NCBI RefSeq assembly: GCF_006345805.1
Contig: NC_043011.1
Coordinates: 3,968,001-4,032,000, forward strand
Length of the DNA stretch: 64,000 bases
Direction of reading: 5' to 3'
DNA from: Octopus sinensis
Lineage: Eukaryota
Below are positions 52,059 through 64,000 of the stretch, in pieces (positions within the stretch are counted from its first letter, which is position 1; the number at the start of each line of letters is the position of its first letter). The notes beneath the pieces are model-generated. The model searched no databases. It was not told the DNA's origin and saw only the letters and a list, made by a program, of their open reading frames with translations. Position numbers and translations under genes: made by a program.

Positions 52059-52251
52059 CCCTTTACCATTCTGTTTATTCTGTGAAAGATAATGCTTATT
52101 CACTCACATTGTTTTTGAATTAATCAAGCATTATCTGATAGCTTTGAGAATTTGATGAAATAACTGTTAATTTTTAGAATGGTATTGTAGGTTTGAACAT
52201 AAAACAGGTAGAATATTTTGGCAGGATATGGTTGGTTTAAATGCTAAAGGA
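52059..52251 (-). mobile_element. piggyBac-type MITE, degenerate copy
   Basis: TTAA-CCCTTTA at the left end, decayed right end; internally like 32657-32877. Confidence 0.65.
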
Positions 52252-52619
52252 TCAAAATGTATGTAACCCATCATATGATCAGTAACTTTGGAAGTATACA
52301 TTTGCCATTGTGGGTACTATCAGGAAATATAGCATACATGCAATAACTGTAACTTAACTTTTATTAAATTTCTAGGTGTTTATACAAAATAGTAAAAATG
52401 AATACTAATTTTCAAAAGAAAAATATTTATTCCTCGTAACAAAATTGAATAAAATAAATTTCTCATTTGTATATTTGCAATAAATTATGCTGTTTTCCAA
52501 AATTTTCTCAACATAATCTCAATCTACTTCATAGAAAACCGATCTCTGCAAAATTTCATTAAAAATATATATATTTCTGAAAAAGCTATACAACACTCAT
52601 CCTACACCTCTTATGCTAA

Positions 52620-52745
52620 CTCTGTATCTGTTTTACATACTTTCCCCCTCTCTGTATCTCTTTTACATACTTTCCCCCTCTCTGTATCTCTTTTACATAC
52701 TTTCCCCCTCTGTATCTCTTTTACATACTTTCCCCCTCTCTGTAT
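52620..52745. repeat. 30-bp minisatellite, about 4 copies
   Basis: Unit TCTGTATCTCTTTTACATACTTTCCCCCTC. Confidence 0.95.
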
Positions 52746-53022
52746 ATGATGTAAAACACGATTGCAAAAATCAACCAACGCTTATATCTGCAATTATTAA
52801 ACAGAGATCATAACTATGAAATATGAGTGTATGTGTACTTCAATGTATGTTTGTACATATATAATGCAGAAGCATAGCTCTGTGGTGAGAAGCTTGCTTT
52901 TCAACCATATAATTCCTGATTCAGTTCCACTGTGTGGCGCCTTAGGCCTACCAAAAGCCTTGTAAGTGGATTTGGTAGAAGAAAACTGAAAGAACCCTAT
53001 TGTATATATATATATATATTAT

Positions 53023-53065
<43 letters not shown>

Positions 53066-53073
53066 GATATATA

Positions 53074-53216
<143 letters not shown>

Positions 53217-53224
53217 ATATATAT

Positions 53225-54075
53225 ACAGAGTGCAGTGAATATATTGTCGTCTAAATTACGCAGAAATAAAAATAACACTGACATCTTATTTTAACAGATA
53301 TGGTTAACAAAATTACATAAAAAATATCTCGAAATACTAACAAGAAAATTTATTCAATAAAATCGCCAATGGCTTCAACTATGGCTTCCAGACAACTTCA
53401 GAATTTCTTGCAATTCTTCTGAATGGTCTCTTTGTTTAAATTGGTGAATGCTGCCATAATCCTTGCCTTCAGTTCATCTTTGGTGTTACAAGGAGTTTTG
53501 TTGGTCTCTCGCTCAACTGTCCACTACACATAATAAACAAGGGATTGCAGTGTGTGGAGTTAAATGGCCAGATGTTAGGGGCAATGGGGTCGCAGAAATT
53601 GTCTAACAGCCATGATTGGGTTCTTCTGCTTGTGTGGCATGGCGCAGAGTCCTGTTGCCAGACACAGGGTCTTCCAGCAGCCACTCTCTTGACCCAGGGC
53701 AGCACTACCTCCACCAGGCACTTGATGTAGGCCTCTGTGTTGAGTCTGAGGCTGTGTGGGAAGATAAATGGAGGCTTAACGTCACCATCACTACTTATCA
53801 CTCCAAACACCATGAAGTTGACTGAATGCTTGATTTTCATCACTCTTGGAACATGTTTTAGGGACATGGCAAGCCAATGGTTGTTCTGTGTGTTCACTGT
53901 TCATACTGGCGCTTCTGGCATGAATGTCAAGCAGTACAGCATGTCATTTCTAAATTTCTGGCAGAATGAATTGCATCATGGTGCTGTTTGTCACACAAAC
54001 AGTGCCCAACTGATCCTACTATACTGTGTATTTAACAAAGTCAAAATAAACAATGTGCATGCATGAAATTAAAAA
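53225..54075 (-). mobile_element. maT-type (DD37D) mariner-like transposon, internally deleted
   Basis: VPRVMKIKHSVNFMVFGVISSDG...VWQQDSAPCHTS...IWPFNSTHCNPL. There are 37 residues from the QQD aspartate to the expected third D, which is lost by a frameshift. Confidence 0.88.
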
Positions 54076-54116
54076 TATGAAATAAAACGTATATATTTGG
54101 TAGAATATATATATTC

Positions 54117-54345
54117 TAGGTGGCGAGCTGGCAGAACCGTTAGCATGCCAGGTGAAATGCATAGCTGTATTTCGTCTGCCGTTACGTTCTGAGTTCAAAT
54201 TCCGCCGAGGTCGACTTTGCCTTTCATTCTTTCAAGGTCGATAAATTAAGTACCAGTTACGCATTGGGGTCGATGTAATCAACTTAATTCATTTGTCTGT
54301 CCTTGTTTGTCGCCTCTATATTTAGCCTCTTGTGGGTAATAAAGA

Positions 54346-54348
<3 letters not shown>
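54117..54348 (+). mobile_element. SINE family C, full length
   Basis: tRNA-like head GGTGGCGAGCTGGCAGAACCGTTAG...GAGTTCAAATTCC. Confidence 0.85.
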
Positions 54349-54387
<39 letters not shown>

Positions 54388-55085
54388 ATGTATGTATCTT
54401 TATGTGTGTGTGTGTTTGTGTGTATTGTGTCTTTGTGTCTGTGTTTCAACCACCACTGCTTGATAACTGGCGTTGGTGTGTTTACATATCCATAACTTAG
54501 CAGTTCAGCAAAAGGGACTGACAGAATAAGTACCAGGCTTTAACAAAAAAGGGAAGCACTGGGGTTGATTCATTTGACTAAAGTTCTTCAAAGTGCTGCC
54601 CCAGCATGGCCACAGTCTAGTGACTGGAACAGGTAAAAGATAAAAGATAAAAGAATTGTGGGTGTGTAGATATGTGAAGGTTAATGGTACACCACTTATG
54701 TTCTACTTCTGTCCTAACATTTGTTTATTGGAACAGACATAATTGTGTAGTTAAGACAACATAGCTTCAGGTTCATTTCTTCGGCATGGCACTATGAATC
54801 AGCATCAGTTTGCCCAATACCTTGTCAGGGAAATTTGGTAAACAGAAACTGCTAAGAAGCCATCATAAACATAACTAAAATCCTTTATTTGTTTTATATC
54901 TGCTTTTCTATGCTAGTTTGGGTGAGAAGGATATCATTATTGAAGCATTGTTTTACAACCAGGTGCCTTTCTTTGAAGGTGAAAATGAGTGGAAAATATG
55001 TTGACAGGAGGACAGGAGAAGTAACAACTCTGTTTGTAGCAAGTAGATGTAAACAAACACACTAGCACACACACACACACACACA

Positions 55086-55116
<31 letters not shown>

Positions 55117-55644
55117 CACTAGCACACACACACACACACAACTACAAAACAGGCTTCTTTCAGTTTCCATCAACTGGTTCTACTCACAAGGCTTTGATCA
55201 GCCCCAAAATATAAAAGTCACTCTCCCAAGATGCCATGTAGTGAGACTGAACCTGAAACCACATAGTTTAGAAGCAAATTTCTTAACCGGACAATCTTAC
55301 ATATCTAAATATCTTTATGTTTGTTTGTGAGCATGAATTTGTGCCCGTGTGTGTCTGCGTGCATGTATGCATGTGTGTGTTTATATTTGTGTGTCGACAC
55401 TGTTTACGTTTGCTGAAAAAAACGTGTCCTGCCATTGAGCAAGTTTACATTAATAAGACCAAGGCAATTTATTTTATAAAAGAGAAGCAGATCTCTATCT
55501 GTCTGTCCGTCACAACATCTATCAGAGGGAGGGAAAGAAGGGGAGGAATCACAACATTTGTCACAATATAATTTTAGAAGAAGCGGAACAGAAAAAGTTA
55601 TTGAGAGAGAAATACAGTGAGAGAGAAAGTGTGTGTGAAAGACA

Positions 55645-55672
55645 GACAGACAGATAGATAGATAGATAGATG

Positions 55673-55753
<81 letters not shown>
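55645..55753. repeat. (GACA)n(GATA)n microsatellite
   Basis: Directly visible. Confidence 0.97.
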
Positions 55754-56539
55754 TATTGTCACCATAGTTACTAACAAGTTTTGATTAAAAACATAATAAT
55801 TTTAGAGCAAGTCTTAATGTTTAAGTGCAATACAACATAGACTTCGAAAAAACAGGATACATATATATATATATATTGTGGGGGTATTTGTGTGTGGTGT
55901 GTGTGTGTGTGTGCGCGCGTGTGTGTCTTTCAACATATAGACAGTGCAACACACTTTAAAAACAGATTTTCGCATTGAGCAATTTCTGAAAGTATATACA
56001 TGATTAACATATATTTTTACCAGCAACGGGCAACAACCTAGTAATACCTTATTTGGAAGCAAGAGTTGGTAAGAGAAAGGGCATCTGGTTATATAAAATC
56101 TATCTTAATAAGTCTCACTTAAACCAGGCTAGCATGGAAAAAGCAGATACTTACAACAATGATGATAAAAATAATTTATTATTATGTTTGTGTTTGCTTG
56201 AGAGTATATGTGTGCGCACACGTGAGTGTGTGTGTGTATTCATACATTATATATGAGTATAGCATGTATGTATCTAACTGCCATATCTAATGAATAGGTA
56301 TTACAGCGTTTCCAATTTGTGTATTTTATACCTTTATCTACCCATGTATTTGCTTGCGTGAACAAGTGTGTGTGGTTTTGTGGAAGCAAATGTACGAGTA
56401 AGTGTGTGCCTACACAGAAACATCAGTAAACGTGCATACAGTCTATATTTGTATGGTGCAAGCATGCGTGTATGTGTATATGTATGTCTGATATCTACAC
56501 ATATGTACGTACACACACACACATACACAGATATTTTTA

Positions 56540-57170
56540 TACATGCATATACGTTTGTATGTATGTGTATGTATCTATTTATCTATGTGTGTATGTATGT
56601 ATGTATGTATGTATGTATGTATGTATTTGTATGTATGTATGTATGTAGTTATGTATGTATGTATGTATGTAGTTATGTATGTATGTATGTATGTATCTAT
56701 TTATCTATGTGTGTGTGTATGTATGTATGTATGCAGTTATGTTTGTATGTATGTAGTTATGTATGTATGTATGTAGTATGTATGTATGTATGTATGTATT
56801 ATGTATGTATGTATGTATGTAGTTATGTATGTATGTATGTATGTAGTATGTATGTATGTATGTATCTATTTATCTATGTGTGTGTGTATGTATGTATGTA
56901 TGCAGTTATGTTTGTATGTATGTAGTTATGTATGTATGTATGTAGTTATGTATGTATGTATGTATGTATGTATGTAGTTATGTATGTATGTATGTATGTA
57001 TCTATTTATCTATGTGTGTGTGTATGTAGGTATGTATGTAGTTATGTATATATGTATGTAGTTATGTATGTATGTATGTGTATGTATGTATGTATGTATG
57101 TATGTATGTATGTATGTTTGTATGTATGTATGTATCTATTTATCTATGTGTGTATGCATGCATCTGCATG
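56540..57170. repeat. (TATG)n microsatellite with higher-order structure
   Basis: TATCTATTTATCTATGTGTG recurs five times; TAGTTATG interruptions. Confidence 0.9.
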
Positions 57171-57505
57171 CATCTATGTACATATAATGGTTATTCATGT
57201 AAGATTGTACACATGAGAGACAAACAGGCAGATTTCCACGACAAATTCCTATATAATGAAAAAGCAAAATTTCCAACAATAAATGAATTGTTGTTTGTAG
57301 AGACTTAAAGAAAAACAGATAAAACAACAAAAGAATAGAAAAACAGTAAACCCCAAAATAAACACGAGAAAGCTGGTATGTAAATATATATGTATATATA
57401 TATGTATTATGTATGTATGCATGCATGTGTATGAATATATATACATGAATATTGTAGTTGTATGTTTTTGTATATGTATATAGACATATAAATTTGTAAT
57501 GGTAC

Positions 57506-57537
<32 letters not shown>

Positions 57538-57572
57538 ATATATATATATATATATTATATATATATATATAC

Positions 57573-57612
<40 letters not shown>

Positions 57613-58319
57613 CTATATATATATATTTGCATACTTACGCACATACATATATATGTATGTATGTATGTATTTTTTAGAATTTTTTAATCCCCAAATACTT
57701 TAGTTTTCATTCTTTTTTCCAATTCTTCAAACAAACTTGATATTTCTAAAGAGTGATTTCTAAAGTGTTACTTCTATTAATGTGCAGTTAGTGCTAACAC
57801 TTATTTCCTGCTGTGCCACCACCTCCACCCAAACTCTACCAAAGAGGATATATCCTTTTCTTTTTTCCTTTTTAATCAAGTCAGGCTTTAGTGAAGATAA
57901 TACAAAGAAAGTCAGCATCAACTGAAATTCAATCAAGTAGAAAGATAGACAGATAGAAAAGTGAGAATCATCAGAGAGAAAGAGAGGGAGGAGGGAAAGT
58001 GAAAGAGGGTGAAATGATAAACATATAAAGGAAGCATTCGGAGAAAGACATTGGCAAAATTGTTAGAGTCTCAGATCGAATGTCTAGCAATATTTATTCC
58101 GGCTCTCTGTACTGTGTGTTCAAATGATATCAAGGTCAGCTCTAGATAGATGAATAAAGTGACTGTCCTGGGGTCCGGCTCTCCTTTCTCTCTCTTTCTC
58201 TTTCCTTCTCTCTCTCTCTTTCTCTTTCCCCCTCTCTCTCTTTCTCTTTCCCCCTTTCTCTCCCCCTCTCTCTCTTTCTCTCCCCCCTCTCTCTCTCTTT
58301 CTCTCTCAGTGAATTTTAC

Positions 58320-58373
58320 CTATAATTCAAACATCCCATCTTATAGCATCATATCATTAGGGTACATACGTTT
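58320..58373 (-). CDS. candidate 54-nt exon with a start codon at 58339 (MGCLNYx)
   Basis: TTTCAG acceptor, AG|GTAAAA donor, AAGATGG context; stops in all frames of the full exon, so coding could only start at this ATG. Confidence 0.22.
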
Positions 58374-58947
58374 CTGAAATATATAAATTCTTGCTCTCCC
58401 AAGTTGGTGGAATGGTGGAATAACCAAATGATCAATGTGGATACTATTGAAGAATCTGGTATTCATAAAAAAAACATTATAACTCTTCTGAATTAGAAAC
58501 AGAAATATGGTGTGGTACACTACATAAGGTAAAAGGGTCAAAAGAAAATAAAAAAACAGAAGAACTTTGTTCATAAACTGAAGCAGTTTTTACCATAGGA
58601 AATTCAAGAGAAGGCACAGCAAATTCAAGTTGGGATGTGCACAGAGTGAAGGAGAGTAACTGGTGCTCTCCTGCTGATACTCCCAGGGTGTTGCCAACTT
58701 GGGCATTCATTACTTGAAACACTGGTCATCACCTGAGACACTTTATGCTTGAAAAATTGTTCATAAACTAACTTATTGATGATGAGAGGAATTTTGTAAA
58801 CAGAGGATCCACAGTATATTTACCTACCCACCCCCCTTTTCTGTGAATCTATCCCCATACTTTCTTTATATTCACCTTAAACCTTGAAGGTACAACCTCA
58901 CAATCTCTCCCACCCAGCTAAGGCCATGTATTCATTTCTTCAACAAG

Positions 58948-59570
58948 ATGTTGGTGAAGCCCGACCTTCGCTCTTTAGGTCTCACTGAGGAAATGACCAA
59001 AGACCAAAACCTTTGGAAGTATGCTGTGCGCGAGAAGACCTGGCAGGACAAGTGAGGCCATAACCCGTGGCCTCTACCTTGGACGTAGTCAGTCCACCTG
59101 TGCATACCTTCCTTCTTGGGACACAAAACTCTACTTGTGAAGACCTGTTGAGGCAAGTGAAAATCAAAATCGAAATCGATCAACATCAATGGAATTTGTA
59201 GTTGTGATACCAGTGCCGGTGGCATGTAACAGGACCAATGCTGCATCACCTGGTCTCGGTGCTGGTGGCACGTAACAAACACCATCTGATTGTGGCCGTT
59301 GCCAGCCTCGCCTGGCCTCTGTGCCCGTGGCACGTAAAAAGCACCATCCGAGCATGGCCATTTGCCAGCCTCATCTGGCACCTGTGTCAGTGGCACGTAA
59401 AAAGCACCCACTACAATCACGGAGTGGCTGGTGTTAGGAAGGGCATCCAGCTGTAGAAACACTGCCAGATCTGACTGGGCCTGGTGCAGCCTTCAGGCTT
59501 CCCAGACCCCAGTTGAACCGTCCAACCCATGCTAGCATGGAAAGTGGACGTTAAACGATGATGATGATGA
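58948..59570 (+). mobile_element. RTE LINE ORF end plus complete 3' UTR
   Basis: VKPDLRSLGLTEEMTKDQNLWKYAVREKTWQDK* directly followed by the family B tail and (GAT)n. Confidence 0.85.
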
Positions 59571-61079
59571 TACCAGCTCCTACCCACTTATATTTTCATA
59601 TTCCTCAATATATTACATTCTGTTGATGGGCCTTGTGTTGCAAGTATTTGGTGACCTCACCAGTGCTGGTGCCATGGAAAAAGCACTCAGTAGATCTTGT
59701 GAAGTGATGTTAGGAAAGACATCCAGCCATAGAAACCATGCCAAAGCAGACATAGCAGTTCAGTGCAATCCTCTGGCACTTCAGTTCATATAAAACCATC
59801 CAACTCATGCCAACAAATGAAAAAAGGGATGATGATAATAATGGTGATGATGATGATGACGATGACGACAACGATGATGATGACAATGATGACAATGATA
59901 ATAATAAATTGTTAGAAATTATTGACAATGTAAAATAGAAAAAATTATAAATGAATTTTTTAATAATTAAATATAGAAATAAAAATAGTGGAAAAGTAAT
60001 TAAAGAATATCTAATTTTTTAAAAATAATTCAAGGTGAATTCATGAAGACAAAATAAATATTTGCTTCTGAAAAAGAAATTAATTCTAAACATTTTAGAG
60101 TGAAGAGGAGAACAAAGGTTGCAGCACTTACGTATCTTTCAATTCATTTAATTTACTTTTTTTCCCTCAGTGGGAGTAATTGATGAGAAATTATTTTATC
60201 CCATAAATTGAAACTGGGCTACAGCTTTTGTTAATTGGGAACTTGAAGCTATTCTGTGATATTCATAACTATAGCAATAACATTGCTCTATTGTATAAAT
60301 ACATTCCTTGGGGAGAGAGAGACAAGATTGTAGTTAACTCCAAATACTAGCTGGTAGCTATTTATATGAGGTGATGGAGGGATGAAAGATAAAGTCTATC
60401 CTTGTGCGGACGTGAGTTTGTGTGAATGTGAAGGCAAATATGAGTGTCTATCTGATATCTGCATCTGTACACCTCTGTTAAAATCTATAGGATTTTAATG
60501 TAGAATGAAAAGAGCCACGATTGAAGATAACATGGCAATTTTGACCAATCTTCAACTGATTTTGCCATGCAATCATCATCATCATTTTACATCTGGTTTT
60601 CTGCACTAGCATCCTGTCAATCATTCCAGTTCTTCGACGTCTGGCACACACAGCAACAAAGAAAAGCTTGTCTGTTCTAGTGCATATGCTGTATCCAAGT
60701 ACCTTTTCTATCTTCAACCATTCTACAAAGTGTAATCAGTGCAATTTTCATGCTACCAGCACTAACATGATTGTCCCTGACACGATTAAATACTATCCTC
60801 AACTCTGCAACACTTTCAGACATTTTAGTTATTTATTTATATATTTATCTATTATTAAACATAGGTTTGCAACTGGATGAATCTCCTCTCACCAACCATT
60901 TCTCTGAACGTTGATTATAAAAATGGTCACAAAATAATGATCAAAGGAGGCATAGTTGCATAAATACTTTCTTATTCTTATGTCTTCAGGAAGATGAAAG
61001 GAAAAATCAGCTTTGACTGCTTTTAACACAGGATGTAACTAAATATTGTGGGACATTTTGTAGGGGCATAACCAATCCT

Positions 61080-62155
61080 TTCTACCATAGGCACATGGCC
61101 TGAAGCTTTGTGGTGGTGGGGGGGGGGGGCTAGTAGATTACATCAACCTCAGTGCTTGACCACTACTTATTTAATTGATTCTGAAAAGAGGTAAGGCAAA
61201 GGCAGCCCCAGCATAATTTGAACTTAGAACCAAAAGACAAATAAAATGGTACTAAGCATTTTGTCTGGCATGCTGAAGATTGTACTAGCTTAATTCTATA
61301 TAATAATACTTCTAAGTTTTGGCACAAAGCCAGTAATTTGTAGGGAGGAATAGGTTGATTATGTCAAGCCTAGTGCTCAAGTGGTCCTTATTTTATCAAC
61401 CCCAAAAGGATGAAAGGTAAAGTTGACCTTCAGCGGAATTTGAATTCAGAAAATAAAGATGGAGGAAAAGCTGGTAAGCATTTTTGGCTGGAGTGCTTAC
61501 GATTCTGCCTCAGTTCCACTTGATAACAAAAATCGTTCCTTGCAGAAGCACAAGGCCTGAAACTTTGTAGTAGAGTACGTCTGACTTTTACTTTATGTAA
61601 TCAACTCTGGAGAGATGAAGGGCAAAGATTGACCTTGAAAAGAGAGAAAAGAACACATAAGGAATTTTGTCTAATGCTCTAATGATTCTGCCATTTCACC
61701 ACCATTTCATAATTGCTTCTAATTTAGACACCAGGCTAGCAATTTTGGGGAAGAGGGAATTCATAGATGCCATCAACACCTTTAATTGACTGACACTTTA
61801 TTTTATCAACTTTGGAGGGATTAAAGGTAAGGTGGACCTTGACAATTTTTGAACCCAAATATAAAGAACTGGAACAAATATGCAAAGCATTTCCTCCAGT
61901 GTTTTAATGATTATTCCATCCAATACAATTAAAATTTCTAAGATAAACACAAGACAACAAATTTTGGTGATGGGTTAGGTTAGTCAATCAAATTGATCCC
62001 AATACATGCAAGGCACTTTATTTCAGCAACCCCAGAAGGATGAAAGGCAAAGCTGGTCATGACTGGATTTGAATTCAGAATGTAAAATGATTTAACTATA
62101 AATTACAAAGCATTTTGTCTTTCTTGAATTTGATTCTGCCACTCACCAGCCTTAA
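61080..62155 (-). mobile_element. five head-to-tail degenerate copies of SINE family C
   Basis: Recurrent ...GGATGAAAGGCAAAG...TTTGAA(C/T)TCAGAA...AAGCATTTT...GATTCTGCC at about 200-230 bp spacing. Confidence 0.7.
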
Positions 62156-62164
62156 TGATAATAT

Positions 62165-62360
62165 TTATCTGACAGAATCATCAGCACACTTGACGAAATG
62201 CTTAGCAGTATTTTGCCTGTCACTACATTCTGAGTTCAAATTGAGTTGAAGTCAACTTTGCCTTTCATTTTTTTGGGGGTTGATAAAATAAATACCAGTT
62301 GAACACTGGGGTCAATGTAACTGACTCATCCCCACCTCCCTAAGCTGAACTTGTGTGAAA
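62165..62360 (+). mobile_element. SINE family C
   Basis: Matches the family C consensus. Confidence 0.75.
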
Positions 62361-62366
62361 AATTTG

Positions 62367-62383
62367 AAATTATTATTATTATC

Positions 62384-62451
<68 letters not shown>

Positions 62452-62489
62452 CATTATTATTATTATTATCATTATTATTATTATTATTA

Positions 62490-62539
<50 letters not shown>

Positions 62540-62540
62540 G
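62367..62540. repeat. (TAT)n microsatellite
   Basis: Directly visible. Confidence 0.97.
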
Positions 62541-63064
62541 AGTGAGAGAACAGTGCACACCATCAAAGTGACTTTTGGGTACAAATATATGAATCCCAGT
62601 ACACCCACCATGACTACCCATCTGATAAGGGTACACCATGCACATGCATCACAGCTACATGCGTACAACATGGCAACCTCATATCAAGATAAACAGCACA
62701 TGATCTTGCAGGTGGGGACCAGTTAGAATTTTCTTCATGTCAATTAGTCCATCCTGCTTAAAAGTCCCTTAATAAGGATTATTTAAGGATGATAAGCGAA
62801 ATACCTATGTTTTCAGAGGTGGATTATTCAAACTCCAAAGAATTCCTCTCAACACATGGCTATGATGCTTCCTCACTATTCTTGTGCATGATCACAGATG
62901 CACATATCGTCAGCCACAAAGGATATACTCAGTTGGTTAAGATCAAGCAAGTGAAAAGCAAATCTGCAGTATTGGGCAGAATATTTGTTGTAGCCCACTT
63001 TTTACACCATGAAAAAACATGTTTACACTTTCAATCAGTTAAAATGAGAAACCATGAGACCTAC

Positions 63065-63270
63065 TGCTGGCAAGCTGGCAGAAGCTTTGGCACACCATAC
63101 GAAATGCTTAATGGCATTTCTTCAGGTTTTATGTTCTGAGTTCAAATGCTCCCGAGGTCACTTTGACTTTCATTGTCTAAGGGCTGATAAAATAAGAATA
63201 AGCACTAGTTGAGCACTAGGGTCGACAAAATCAATTAAACTACTCTCTTAGGATTTTATGTCTTTAAATC
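63065..63270 (+). mobile_element. SINE family C, diverged
   Basis: Matches the family C consensus. Confidence 0.7.
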
Positions 63271-63326
63271 TTGATATCATCCATCATCATGTTATATTAT
63301 CCTTATATATATATATATATATATAT

Positions 63327-63948
63327 CCGTGACCGTGACTGTGACTGACCAGTCTATCAGATGTTGCTACACATCGCTGGTCACAATGTGCTTCACATTG
63401 TTTTAGCCCTTAAATGACACCACCCCGCTGGCTAAGCGAGCAGGCCAACAGAGGAAAGAGTGAGAGAAAGTTGTGGTGAAAGAGTACAGCAAGGTTCACC
63501 ACCACCCCCTGCAGGATCCTTGTGGAGCTTTAGGTGTTTTCGCTCAATAAACACTCACAACGCCCGGTTTGGGAATCAAAACCACGATCCTACGACCGCG
63601 AGTCCGCTGCCCTAACCACTGGGCCATTTGCCTCCACATATATATATCACTGTGATCACCGTGACCGACCAGGCTATCAGATGTTGCTACACATCACTGG
63701 TCACAATGCGCTTCGCATTGTTTTAGCCTTTAAATGACGCCACCCCGTTGGCTAAGCGAGCAGGCCGTCAGAAGAAAGAGTGAGAGAAAGTTGTGGCAAA
63801 AGAGTACTGCAGGGATCGCCACCACCCCCTGCCGAAGCTTTGTGTGTTTTCGCTCAATAAACACTCACAACTCCCGGTCTGGGAATCAAAACCGCGATCC
63901 TACGACCGCAAGTCCGCTGCCCTAGCCACTGGGACATTGCGCCTCCAC

Positions 63949-63949
<1 letters not shown>
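63327..63949 (-). mobile_element. two tandem copies of tRNA-derived SINE family D
   Basis: Head GTGGAGGCGCAATGGCCCAGTGGTTAGGGCAGCGGACTCGCGGTCGTAGGATCG(C/T)GGTTTTGATTCCC; copies at about 63327-63638 and 63649-63949. Confidence 0.85.

Positions 63950-64000
<51 letters not shown>

Noticed and set aside
54913-55020. Plus-strand frame LGEKDIIIEALFYNQVPFFE
   Set aside because: It is short, unrecognised and isolated, and equally readable as another frame on the minus strand.
63870-63949. tRNA gene
   Set aside because: It has A/B boxes but no full cloverleaf and continues into a SINE body.

Overview
AT-rich, microsatellite-dense eukaryotic DNA, most likely from an octopus (inferred from the repeat landscape: several tRNA-headed SINE families, RTE tails ending in (GAT)n, and abundant (TA)n/(TATG)n tracts). 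The window is almost entirely decayed mobile DNA in intronic or intergenic sequence, and no intact long gene is present. Most ORF-track entries are translated microsatellites or SINEs. Recognisable elements: four IS630-Tc1-mariner remnants plus a full-length Tc1 with both TIRs nested in a Gypsy integrase; an internally deleted Helitron with a canonical hairpin-CTAG 3' end; RTE LINE ends; Penelope-like remnants; piggyBac- and Harbinger-type MITEs; a hAT remnant; and a CpG-rich 5 x ~156 bp tandem array. Three unrelated short elements each carry a decayed minimal hammerhead ribozyme on the minus strand. There are several traces of local template switching. A TE-free 2.6 kb stretch with a candidate terminal exon suggests an unidentified minus-strand host gene. 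All coordinates and translations were read by eye and element boundaries are approximate.
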